Shown one piece after another: positions 35,878 through 48,283 of a DNA stretch of 57,235 bases (position 1 is the first letter of the stretch; each line of letters begins with the position of its first letter). The stretch is taken from positions 1,957,769 through 2,015,003 of the forward strand of contig NC_068994.1 of the NCBI RefSeq assembly GCF_001194135.2, given 5' to 3'. Made by a program: the position numbers and the translations under genes. The notes below the pieces were generated by a model. That model saw nothing but the letters and a program-made list of their open reading frames with translations. It made no database searches and was not told the DNA's origin. Origin of the DNA: Octopus bimaculoides. Taxonomy: Eukaryota.

Positions 35878-37124
35878 TATATATATAGATAGATATAGAT
35901 ATATATATATACTCACACACACCCACACACACACACACACATGCACGCACACACACACACACACATACACACACAGCAGTTCCAATTCTCTGTACACCAA
36001 CACTGAAGCACTGATGTTATGTTTCCACACAGGAATGGAGACATTTTCTAAAAGAAAAATTTTAACTCCAAAATAGAAATATAAGCTTAGCACCACAAGA
36101 GAGTTCTTTGAGGTACAGGTCACATGGTCTCACTCACACACACGTACACACATATGTATACATGTGTATGTATATATATATGTATATATATATATATATA
36201 TACATACATACATACATACATACATACATACACACATGCGCGTGTGTGTGTATGTACATATATACACTCCCTGAGAAATATATAAACTACAGACACATAG
36301 ATATTTTCTATATTTATGTTTATTTGTCTGACGTTGACATAGGAAAAAATAATTTATCAAGTGTATCTAGATGTGTGTGTATTTGTGTGTGTATCTGTGT
36401 GTGTCTGTCTGTGTGTGTGTGTGTGTGTGTGTGTATGTCCTTGTGTTGGAGAAGATGGGAGAGGGAGTGGAAGTAAGAGGTAATGAGGAAAAGATAAATA
36501 CAACACCAACAACCAGGGCAGCAACAATGATATCAATGTTAAATGAGGCTCTACATGGTTACTCGACCATGTAGAAATAGCAGCCAAATCTCCTACAAAT
36601 CACGTCTTACTGACTGAAATAAGGGAAGGGCACGTTGGCCCTTGTAGTCCTTATATAATATACACCTAAAACACTGATGACATGATAAGAAGATGGAGAA
36701 GGATTTTTGTAATGTTGATGATGATGATGATAATGATGGGGTGGAGGAAAGGTGGGATGCTGATGATGGCAAATAACAATGATGACAACAGTGATGACGA
36801 CAACAATGGCAATAATGATGATGATGATGATTAGTGATGATGTCAATGAACGTGATTGTTATGTGGTCGGTGATAATTATATATTGAATACTTTTTTTCC
36901 TGTCTATTAACACAAAACTCATGACACATCCGTGTATACACTCTTTACTTTACTCTTAAAAGCTATAAAGACAATTTCCTCTAAAATTCCGGATATATAT
37001 ATTAATAAACCCCTTCCAGATAAATAAGGTATTACAGCAAGGGTCTATTTGATGCTGGACTCCATATCATTTGTTTTTTTTAAATCTTGGAAGCCTTAGA
37101 ATTAGACACCAGGATTCTAATAAT

Positions 37125-37240
37125 GGTATCGACCCTGAAAGGATGAAAAGTAAAGTCAACTTGGGCAGAATTTGAACTCATAACATGGCGATGGGTATTT
37201 CGTCCAGCATGCCAATGATTCTGCCAGCTCGCTGCTTTTA
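37125..37240 (-). mobile_element. SINE family B fragment
   Basis: TATCGACCCTGAAAGGATGAAAAGTAAAGTCAACTTGGGCAGAATTTGAACTCA...TTCTGCCAGCTCGCTGC. Confidence 0.75.
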
Positions 37241-37269
37241 ACAGGCTTCTAATAATGCCAGGATATCAA

Positions 37270-37700
37270 CCTTACTTAGTTAAAAAGGAGAGTGTCCCAC
37301 TATTTAGCACTTATGGGGAGCTACGGTGACACAGAAGCTTTCTAATAAGTAAACCCTTTCATCTGACGCACTTTCAACAAAGGAACTAGCAGCCATTGAT
37401 TAGGGCTGTACAGAGATGACAGTTTGGCAATTTCTTATCATGTGGGTGACCACTGAGTGTCTAATTTGGGGGAGGTCATATGGGCACAATGAAAAAACAC
37501 AATTAGAATATAATCATCAACATCTATTTAAGACTAATTAACCTTTTAGACTTACTAGATCCAACTGAGTAAACTAAAAATTAAAGCCATTCCAGTCATG
37601 GTTAAGAATTTCATTCACAGCACAAATACAACTTTTAACAATCTTGTAGCAGGAATGTTTTCAGTCAGCCATTCTAGCAAGAAGTGCTTTTAACCAGAAA
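37270..37700 (+). pseudogene. Penelope-like reverse transcriptase fossil
   Basis: In frame: MGSYGDTEAF**VNPFI*RTFNKGTSSH*LGLYRDDSLAI (YRDD at 37409-37420), then LINLLDL after a frameshift. This follows the PLE RT pattern MGSYDGAE.CELVG...GLYRDDGLAI...VNFLD. Confidence 0.75.
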
Positions 37701-37889
37701 ACACTGCATAAGGACAATTTCCTTATAGCAAATAAAAAAGAAGACAAAATATATAATTTACTTCAGTCCATCCTACAATATGAATGTAACCACAAACATG
37801 GCTAGAAATTTCATATCTTTGTTGAGTAATTAAGCAGTGTAAATAGAACATAAGATGTGTGTGTGTGCAACTGTTTCTATTTAGGTAAC

Positions 37890-38045
37890 AGTTTTGAGAA
37901 GTAGGGAGTATTTAGTACTACCACATCCAATTCTTGGTTGATATTTCATTTTATCAACTCCAAATGGGTGAAAGGCAAAGTCGACCTTGGCAGGATTTGA
38001 ACTCACAAGACTTGGAACCAATACAGCAAAGCATTCTGCTAGCTT
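37890..38045 (-). mobile_element. SINE family B fragment
   Basis: GAAAGGCAAAGTCGACCTTGGCAGGATTTGAACTCAC. Confidence 0.7.
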
Positions 38046-38178
38046 TAACATACTTCACATACATTCACATATATGTATCTCTGTCTGTCTATTGCTCTCT
38101 CTCTCCTTCTGTCTCTCTCCTTCTGTCTCTCTCCTCCTCTCTCTCTCCTCCTCTCTCTCTCACCTATCTCTCCCTTCC

Positions 38179-38262
<84 letters not shown>

Positions 38263-38596
38263 GGTGTTCAACTTATGAAACTGTTAATCTAGACAAGTAT
38301 TTTTTTCCTCTCTCCATCTCTTCTCTCTTCTCACTCCTTTCTGTAGAAGAGCGTAGACTCAAAATGTCAGAGACTCTTCCATTTTTCCTAAGTGTTAAAC
38401 TCACAGACTATGTTGTTCCCTCACCTGTTTCTGTCTTCTGTTTTTTGTACAATTTTGAACCATATATATATACATACACGCACACACACTCTCTCTTTCT
38501 CACACACACACACACACACACATACAGGGTGCACACAGGTATTTATAAACAATCTTTGCTGGGCCATAACTAGAAAACAATTTAACATAATGTTAC

Positions 38597-38688
38597 CTGA
38601 CAGATGCCAAATGTATAAACTTTGTCATTTCTCTTTCGGAATTGTTGGCAACATCAATATGGCAGATTCCTCCTATCTCAGACAAGAA
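38597..38688 (-). other. Weak candidate internal exon (92 nt)
   Basis: GTGGTTTTGCAG acceptor and CAG|GTAACA donor. One frame is open: FLSEIGGICHIDVANNSEREMTKFIHLASV. Confidence 0.2.
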
Positions 38689-39578
38689 CTGCAAAACCAC
38701 ACCTTGCTGGTGGTTCTAGCTGCTGACCACAGGGAGTTGGACAGGAAGGGGTCACCAGCATCTTGAATATGGTTGGATTCTCTAAGTATAGGACCAGGGT
38801 TCTTTGAATGCAACGTTAGGGTCATTTGTGTCAAGGGTCATTGTCTTTTGCATAGGATTAAGGTCACTTCTATAGAGGATTGAGATTGTTTTTTTATAGG
38901 CTCAGAGTTTGTTTGTGAAGAGGGTTGAGAAAGCCCTGGCCAAGAGAAAGAAGTATTTTTGGTGTCATGGTGTCATCAGGATAACCAAGGACAGGACATC
39001 ATCAATAACATCCACTACAGGCCGAGGAGGACCCTCCCCAGGCCAAGGAGGACCATCCCCAGGCCGTTCAAGGTGGCAAAACCCATTAACAATTACAATT
39101 CTACATAAGAAAGGATGGTTTATATCCAGAAAGATGCAAGTGAACCATGTAATCATGTGACTCTCATGATGTGGCCTCCTGACTCTTGGTTCAAACCCTT
39201 TGGACTCCTGCATCATTGATAGACGTGCTGCAACTGATTGACAGAGCTAAGGTCTCATTGCAAGTTGTAGTGGTTGACATGGTTGGAACCCACCTAATTC
39301 TAGCATGCTGTTGTTTTCATGACTACAGTGGCATATTATGGTGGTGTCTTTAGGGGATGAGACAAAAGGTTTTGCGTTTTTGTTTTACTTGTTAATTACT
39401 TCCCAAATTTTGGATGTTACCTTCCATGTACAAGTACGCATCAGTGTATGTATGTGTGTGTATGAGAGTGGGTGTGTATATTTACATATATATATATTAT
39501 TTGTGTATGTTTATGTATGTGTGTGCATATTCATATGTATATATACATTATATACATACATGCATACATATGTGTGAA

Positions 39579-39687
39579 GGCGCATGGCTCAGTGGTTGGA
39601 GCGTCGAGCTTATGATCGAGAGGTTGTGAGTTCAAATCCCAGACCGGGCTGTGTGTTGTGTTCTTGAGCAAGACACTTTATTTAACG
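39579..39687 (+). mobile_element. tRNA-derived SINE head (family D) with Pol III boxes
   Basis: A box TGGCTCAGTGG (39585-39595) and B box GAGTTCAAATCCC (39628-39640), followed by TTCTTGAGCAAGACACTTTATTT. Confidence 0.85.
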
Positions 39688-39734
39688 AGTAACACACTTG
39701 ACTGTATTTGGAAATTTTTCTAAAATTTTAAAAG

Positions 39735-39776
<42 letters not shown>

Positions 39777-39830
39777 GTATGTGCACAGACAGACGGACAG
39801 ATTGATGGAAAGGTAAATATATAGATACCT

Positions 39831-39864
<34 letters not shown>

Positions 39865-40280
39865 TTCTAGACACACGCACACACACACGTGTGTGTGTGT
39901 GTGTGTTTGCTCAACAACAAGAGACCAAATACAGACAAGAAATTGTAACTAGATTTCCTCACCAGACAGCTGCTGTCTGGTGACAGTGACATATGATGTG
40001 GTGGGGGAGTGAAGAATGGGAGGGAGAGGGAGAGTCATGGAGTGACAAGAGTCTAATACATTGGTGGACTGGTAGTGACAATATTGCTACTACTAGTTTT
40101 TATAGGAAGGAGTGGTGTGGAGGTGGGGTGTTACTGTTGTTGTTGTTGGTGGTGGTGGTGGTGTGATGAATTTATGAAGTCTCTTGAATTGATGAAGATG
40201 GTACACACACACAATTACTGTCCTTTTGTCACCCTCCCTCTCTCTCTCCCTTTCTCTCTCTCTCCCTTTCTCTCTCTCTC

Positions 40281-40323
<43 letters not shown>

Positions 40324-40479
40324 TACATACCCTTCTGTCTCCCTCTCCTCCACACACCCACTCACCCAGGAACTCTTACTCTCCTTTAGTCTTTTAACCC
40401 TCCACTCTTCAACTGCTCTCCTTCACAGTCACACTCACTCCAGTCAATGAGTGTCTCTATCTTTGAGTGTCACTTAAGG

Positions 40480-40750
40480 CTATCTTCCCCTCCACTACCC
40501 CTTTCAGCTGTCTCCACCACCAACAACAACAAACCCTTCCCCCTTCACCTCACAACATCAGAAATAGTTTGTGGCCCTCAGACATACAGACAGACACATT
40601 ACTGCTACAATTCAAACTATAAACCGTCCCCTACTCTAGACAGGAGCCAATGCGGGAGCATCTGAATATCAGCCCTCGAATCTCACCCCATCAACTAACA
40701 AAGGGCCATATTGGAGAAGGAGAGCCTTAGTTCCCTGTGCATGAGACACA
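40480..40750 (+). mobile_element. Possible PLE GIY-YIG fossil
   Basis: THYCYNSN..SQCGSI and HIGEG are loosely like FTC.S.N..C..CG.LYIGETG. Confidence 0.3.
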
Positions 40751-40775
40751 ATGGTGAGATCTCAGGGATTTTCCT

Positions 40776-40943
40776 CAGGCACATGCTTGACTGTGTGGTA
40801 AGATGTTCACTTCCCAGTTACATGGTTCCGGGTTCTGTCCCACTGCATGGCACCTTGAGCAAATATCTTCTACTATAGCCTTGGGCTATAGTAGAAGACA
40901 TTCTTGTAAGTGGATCTAGTAGAGAGGAAACTGAAAGAAGCCC
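40776..40943 (+). mobile_element. tRNA-type SINE family C
   Basis: Homologous to the reverse complement of 25399-25543. Ends GGAAACTGAAAGAAGCCC. Confidence 0.8.
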
Positions 40944-40999
40944 ATCTGAAAGGCAAAGTCAACCTCAGTGAAATTTGAACTCAGAACATAAAGAACATA

Positions 41000-41262
41000 T
41001 AAGAGGTACTGCAAAATCACTGGAAGAAAGTAGTCTTTACAAGTGACAGAGGTGCCACATGTAAAGGAATGTAAAAACTAATCTCCCTCAAATGTCATTG
41101 GGGACCCCTAGAAGTAGTAGACAGTTACTTCGGTGACTAAGTTAGCAAGGTTGTTCTGAAAGCATAGCTGCTAGAATAAGAATAGGCTCAGTAAAGTTCA
41201 GAGAGCTGTTACCTGTGTTAGTAATGAAGGGCCTCTTCCTCAGAGTGAAAGATGGTAGTGAG
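41000..41262 (+). pseudogene. RTE ORF2 internal fragment
   Basis: KRYCKITGR..LEVVDS..GD*VS..ESIAARIRIGSVKFRELLPVLVMKGLFLRVK is the RTE post-RT region. Confidence 0.85.
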
Positions 41263-41985
41263 TTGAAAAAGAGTGAGAGTCGGCCATGGTATGAATTGTG
41301 AAACAAGTTGAAACAGTAAATGTGTGGTTTGACTGATTTGTTTACATCTCAGCTGAGGTAAACCAGTGACTAATGATAGATTTGATTATTGATTAACCTC
41401 CAACAACTAGTCAAATGTCATTGGGACTGACTCAACAATATACAATAATTTAAAACATTATCAAATTTCTAAAGCTGAAACATTCCAAGACCAATATGCA
41501 AAAACCTCAATGAAGATAATAAAGGTGGCAGAGTTAACCTGAGAGGAATAATGATTCATAGTGAGTAAAATGTATTTGATCAAATTGTTTGGTCAGATGA
41601 AGCAGCCTTTATATTGATCTGTTAATAGGAACAATAGTGTCTTAATTGTGCAACTGGATATCTATTAGTGAATGCAAACAAGCATCTTGTTCAGGTTTCA
41701 CTGAGTGAGCAGAAATTCAAAATGGATACTTGATAGCTCCTTTCATTATATTGATACAATTAATGGAGAGCATTAGTTAAAGATGCTTCAGTCTTTCTTC
41801 GGACTATTTTTAGAAGAGCTAATAACTCCCAGCTCAGTAAACTTGGATCCTTCCATGTTATTTGACAACATATTCCCAATAAATGTTACTGAGGATAACA
41901 CCGGCTTCTCTATACGCAAAGGATTAAACCAGTCTGTGCAAACTTTAAAACATCTTTCAAATATTTCAAACTCAGCAAGACTTAC

Positions 41986-42040
41986 CTTCTTCAGGGTTTC
42001 CTGGTTTCCCATGAGGACTCAAAGCATCTTATGGCTTCAG
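41986..42040 (-). other. Candidate first coding exon, MGNQETLKK
   Basis: Acceptor CTTGACTTTGGGTTTCAG (alternative acceptor with the exon starting at 42182), ATG at 42012, and a consensus donor AAG|GTAAGT in phase 0. The peptide fits MGxxxT. Confidence 0.35.
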
Positions 42041-42340
42041 CTGAAACCCAAAGTCAAGGTAAACGGACACATTCCATCCATCTCTGCTGTTGTCGCACAG
42101 CACAGGGTGAGCATTACCGACCGCTTTTATGATGCAGAACTCCAGGCCATATTGAATGTTATATTTCAAAGACTTCTGCTTCCTAACAGAAGACAAAATT
42201 CATTTTGCTATATTCAGGTTTTTGGATGAGAAATGCAATGCCTACAATTTGGATGAACTCGTTTGTAAGAATACAATTTTTAAAATATATTTTCATTATA
42301 TTGTGCAAATGTGCATATATGTATATGTATATACATACAC

Positions 42341-42513
42341 CATTGTCATCACCCTCATTCAACGTTCGTTTCTCCATGCTTTCATGGGTTGGACAGTTTG
42401 ACAACAGCTGGCAAAGCTGGGAACCAGACCAGGCAGCATTTTCTGTTTTGGTAAAGTTTTTACAGCTGGATCCCCTTCCAAACACCGACCGCTTTACAGA
42501 GCGTACTGGGTGC
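42341..42513 (-). mobile_element. RTE 3' UTR/tail
   Basis: Reverse complement reads CGCTCTGTAAAGCGGTCGGTGTTTGGAAGGGGATCCAGCTGTAAAAAC...CCAACCCATGAAAGCATGGAGAAACGAACGTTGAATGAGGGTGATGAC. Confidence 0.8.
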
Positions 42514-43121
42514 TAAAAGCGGACAGAGATTTCTGGCATGGATTGGTGAAATACATCTTTGTTGCCAGAACTTGAAGAGGAAGAACAGTTCTGAAAAGAT
42601 GCTAGGAATTGATTTTGGCAAAGCATGAGTTGAAAAGAATTGGTAAATGTGAGGAAGTAAAACGAGCAACAAGATTTTTGGATCTCTGCAGTTCCAGACT
42701 CATTTCTATAGTTTTGCTTTACGAACAGACTTTTTCCAATCATTGCTGCAATAATGGCAACGAGTGCCAAAAGAAAACAATCTGGGAATTCAGGTGTTTC
42801 ACATTAAAGTTTACGAGAAATCTTCCAGCAGCCTGGAGATGAGGCGTGTGCCATTGGCAGTGATGATCATTTTGAGAATAAACATTAATTTTATAAATAT
42901 AGACGTCTGTTTGGAAAATAAAAATATTTATTTCTTGAGTATTGGTCAAACTTTTAAAATCACAGCAGATATTAATTTCATACAGCAATTACACACAGAC
43001 CCTATACATACATAGTCATGTAAACACACACATACATACATACATACATACATACACACATACATATATACATATGTATAACCATATACATATATGTATG
43101 TATGTATCTCTCTCTCCTTCC

Positions 43122-43180
<59 letters not shown>

Positions 43181-43272
43181 CACATACATACACAAATGTA
43201 TACATATATATAAATATATATATATATATGAAAATATACTACACATATGAATACATTTACACATTCATACAT

Positions 43273-43337
<65 letters not shown>

Positions 43338-44149
43338 TACACATGTGCATGTATATATTTAAATATATATATGAATCTATGCATGCATATATGTATGTAC
43401 ATAAATATATTTGTATGAAAATACATTTATGTATGCATATATAAATATATATATATATATATACACATACACACTATATGTATACATAAATATATATATA
43501 CATGTATGTATTATGTACCCCCCCACACACACACACACACTATAAATATATACAAGTCACCAAGTGTCTGTGTACATTTGTATATGAGTCACACAGGATT
43601 TTAAATGTTTCTTTGTTCTATTTTTATGAATTTATCGGATTTCCATAATACATTGTTGCTGTTGTTGTTGTTGTCAGTTCTTAAAACAACTTGGATGAAT
43701 TCTTCAATGATAAGAATACAATTTCTAAACTATATTTTTGGTATACTGTGCATACACACACACACACACATACGCACACACATATAATTGTTGTTAGATT
43801 TGTGCTAACTTGAACTTTCTTCTCTTAAATATTTAAACAAATTGTTGTCGCTGTTGTTATTGTTTTTGTTGTTGTTGTTGTCGTCGTCATCATTGTTGTT
43901 GTTGCGGCTACTGTTGTTTTCATGCCTCTCTTCATCAAATACTGACCACAGGCCAACAGGGAACTATACTGACCGATACTCGAGACGCTGGTCAAGCCCT
44001 CCATGACTGCTACTCAGGCTACTTAAAGTGACTCACCAATATCATTATGCTTCTTAGTAGCCAGCACTGACCATTACTGACCATTACTGACCAATATGTT
44101 GCTGTTTTATGCATCATTTGGTGACAATAAGACAATAAGAAGCTCCAAA

Positions 44150-44230
44150 CACAGATATAGGAAAAAAAACTTTATTTACACATAATAGATGGATTCATTT
44201 ATGTACAAAACAATGGTTTACATACATCTT
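44150..44230 (-). terminator. Candidate polyadenylation region
   Basis: AATAAA at 44176-44171 on the minus strand, with three TGTA motifs upstream and GT/T-rich sequence downstream. Confidence 0.35.
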
Positions 44231-44614
44231 TAATTCTTTCTCACAATACATGTAAATATATATGTATGTATTATGTATGTATATACATATATATACCTAT
44301 ATATATATATANNNNNNNNNNNNNNNNNNNNNNNNNNNNNNNNNNNNNNNNNNNNNNNNNNNNNNNNNNNNNNNNNNNNNNNNNNNNNNNNNNNNNNNNN
44401 NNNNNNNNNNNNNNNNNNNNNNNNNNNNNNNNNNNNNNNNNNNNNNNNNNNNNNNNNNNNNNNNNNNNNNNNNNNNNNNNNNNNNNNNNNNNNNNNNNNN
44501 NNNNNNNNNNNNNNNNNNNNNNNNNNNNNNNNNNNNNNNNNNNNNNNNNNNNNNNNNNNNNNNNNNNNNNNNNNNNNNNNNNNNNNNNNNNNNNNNNNNN
44601 NNNNNNNNNNNNNN

Positions 44615-44649
<35 letters not shown>

Positions 44650-44696
44650 TAGATATATATATATATAGATATATATATATATTACACATGTAATAC

Positions 44697-44728
<32 letters not shown>

Positions 44729-47700
44729 CATACATATATGTACATATATTGGAATGTACCAACTAGACAAAAGAGTACTCAATCCATTTAATAGAGTCTA
44801 TATATTCATTTGAAACTTGCAATGTGTATAGGTATATATATATATTCACACACACACACACGTATATATGTAGCATATTTGTGCCTTTGTGTGTGTGTGT
44901 CTGTGAGTGTGTATATATGAATTTTTTTGTGGTGAATGAGAGGGAACTTGACACATACAAGCTTCACAAAGCGCATCTCAAATTGTCTTGACGATGTTTC
45001 AGTCAGTGAAATTACTCACTGAATAATTAAAATAATTAAATGAGTCTGAAGCAAATTCAAATGGAAAGTATGAATGCCACAAATGCATACGCAACACCAA
45101 TCATGGTGTCTCTATCACACGCACACACGCGTTCATCTTGTCTGGTATTAAGCTACCTTTAAACATTTATTTAGAATCTCATATTATCCATTACAGTCCT
45201 GTGTATCCATCTGGAAAATAAATTCAAATTAATATGCATGTAATCATATGGCATCGGTGTACAGGCTGCAGTATCCAAGGAGTGCATACAATGATAGTAT
45301 AACAAGAGAACCACAAAGCTCGTTCATTTTAATATTTCATATATTTATATTTAATTGGTATAAGATTGATGTAACCTCTTCCTCCACTTACTTGTGCTTG
45401 AGGTAGCATTCATCCGGAGTGGGTCAAGCCAGTCCCAACCAACGAGTTCACCATGTTCCTCACAAATGGTGATCACATCCAATGGTCAGCCCTAAGGTCT
45501 GAGCAGGCAAAGTAATGCTTCTGCCTGTGGTCCAAAATTCCAGCTTGCCAATTTGACAAATTTGACAAATTTGACAAATGCTGAAGTTGCCATTCGTTGT
45601 TGAGGCATAGAATTCTTGTTTGGAATTTCAGTAGGAATACAATTTCACATGTGGTACCCAGTCACAAGCATGCAGAGGGTAGATCTACCGTAGTGGTAGA
45701 TCTTGTCATTGATTGTTGACCATTACAGAGGATTCACTGAGCAAGTCACTGCCGATTCTCAGAGTAGACATAGCCTGGGTTCCAAGTGGGTGGTTCACTT
45801 ACTAGTTTACTCATAGCTCAGCTTCTAATAGGTGCTACTCTGCGTTAGAGTAAATTTGGGAACAATAGTGGCTAAGGAGTGGTGCCCCATGCTGCAAAAC
45901 CCAACAGCTCTTCTACCAAGGCTCCACTACCAGATGAAGCTTAAAGTACTAGCATTTCTTCAGAATGAGACAGTTAAATAAATGAAAGAGTCTGTCACTA
46001 AAGTTATTTTTATGCTAAATGTCTGTCAAAAAGAGTTCAGAGCAGACATAGTGTCTGTATAGTAAAACCAAAAGATAAACGATAAATAAATCAGAGTTTA
46101 TTGGCCAGAAAAGCGTGCAGGAGAATGTCTTTACTGTTCATGGTTTGTTAACTCTGATCATATAAATATATTCAGTGACCAATTCTGAACAGTCTCCATC
46201 TGACAAAGTGACTATGTCTACCTTGTACCATTGACACATATGTAAAAATATGAACTATTAAATAAAATCAACCTTGTTTATCTTGCCACACACACACACA
46301 CAACACATCATCATCATCATCATCATCGTTTAATGTCTGTCTCCCATGCTGGCACTCTCACATACATATAAGATATGGACATGTCTATATATATATATAT
46401 ACAGATAGATACAAACTTGCAATATCACACAAAATATATAAATTTATATATAAAAGGAATAAATGCAAAATTAAGCAGAAAAGAAATCAAGGCAAGATAG
46501 CAGAGTACAATATGTAGATGTATGTATGTATGTATATACGTATATGTATGTGTGTGTGTCTGTGCGTATGTGTGTGTGTGTATGTATATATATATATATA
46601 TATATATNNNNNNNNNNAGTACCTTATTATTTTTTCTAATACATATATATGTATATATAAATATATATACATATATATATATATATGTATATTTTTTTTA
46701 ATCTGAAGAATCTATTAGAGTAGATGAAGTGCCAATATATGATTTATAAAAACATGTGACATATTAATAAAAATCTGTAAATGTACAACCATCAAGATCT
46801 CTGAGTACCTTATTATTTTTTCTAATACATATATATGTATATATAAATATATATACATATATATATATACATATATGTATATGTATTTGTGTATATATAT
46901 ATATACATATATATGTATATGTATATATATGCGTATATATATATATATGTATATATATGTGTGTATATATATGTATATATATGTATATATATATATGTGT
47001 GTATATATATGTGTATACATATGTATGTGTGCATGTGTAAGTGAGTATTAGTGTATGTGTTTGTGTGTGCGCACTTGTATATAAATATATTGTTTGTTTC
47101 AACCACGTCCACACCTGTGGGCAAAATAGTTATGTCCACTACTTCTTTCTCCAAACATTTATGATCTGTTAAAATTATTCACTGAAAGCTGATTGGTCAG
47201 TTCATTATGGATGGTCACTGTTTGTTGACCCGTGGTCAGTCATACACCACCAAACCTGTGGGCAAAAATATCCCAGCCATGAAAGGTTTTTAGTTTTGAA
47301 ACATCATCTGTCCAGGATTGCTAATCCAGTTGACCAATGGTCAAGCATATCCTAACATTGACCATCAAATATTCATTCACAATATATCCATGACTACATT
47401 ATCTGATGTGTCCTTATTGCTTTTACTTGCCTCAAGTCAACCCTGATCCAAGAGACCAATGGTAACAGACACTTTATCCATGACCATCATGTCTGATGTT
47501 TTTTCAGTCATCATACACATCTAAATCTACATTACCTAATGCTTCTTCACCATTTTGAAAATAGTAAGTGTGAAATGAAGGATATATGGCTTCTATTTCT
47601 AGCAGGACATGTGACAATTTTTTAGTCTCCCTCAATGCTCCCCCCCCCCCCCCNNNNNNNNNNNNNNNNNNNNNNNNNNNNNNNNNNNNNNNNNNNNNNN

Positions 47701-48251
47701 NNNNNNNNNNNNNNNNNNNNNNNNNNNNNNNNNNNNNNNNNNNNNNNNNNNNNNNNNNNNNNNNNNNNNNNNNNNNNNNNNNNNNNNNNNNNNNNNNNNN
47801 NNNNNNNNNNNNNNNNNNNNNNNNNNNNNNNNNNNNNNNNNNNNNNNNNNNNNNNNNNNNNNNNNNNNNNNNNNNNNNNNNNNNNNNNNNNNNNNNNNNN
47901 NNNNNNNNNNNNNNNNNNNNNNNNNNNNNNNNNNNNNNNNNNNNNNNNNNNNNNNNNNNNNNNNNNNNNNNNNNNNNNNNNNNNNNNNNNNNNNNNNNNN
48001 NNNNNNNNNNNNNNNNNNNNNNNNNNNNNNNNNNNNNNNNNNNNNNNNNNNNNNNNNNNNNNNNNNNNNNNNNNNNNNNNNNNNNNNNNNNNNNNNNNNN
48101 NNNNNNNNNNNNNNNNNNNNNNNNNNNNNNNNNNNNNNNNNNNNNNNNNNNNNNNNNNNNNNNNNNNNNNNNNNNNNNNNNNNNNNNNNNNTATATATAT
48201 ATATATATATGCATGTATATACATACATATACACACCTTTATATAAGTATG

Positions 48252-48283
<32 letters not shown>

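Noticed and set aside
39579-39650. tRNA gene
   Set aside because: It has A/B boxes but no convincing acceptor stem, and it continues into SINE body shared with 52769-53042.
41955-42000. Hammerhead-like CTGAAGA...GAAATATT on the minus strand
   Set aside because: There is no helix II closing next to GAAA and no helix I pairing. The site is better explained as a splice donor.
45681-45703. 9-bp hairpin AGATCTACC/GGTAGATCT
   Set aside because: It is too short and does not extend, so it is not a pre-miRNA.
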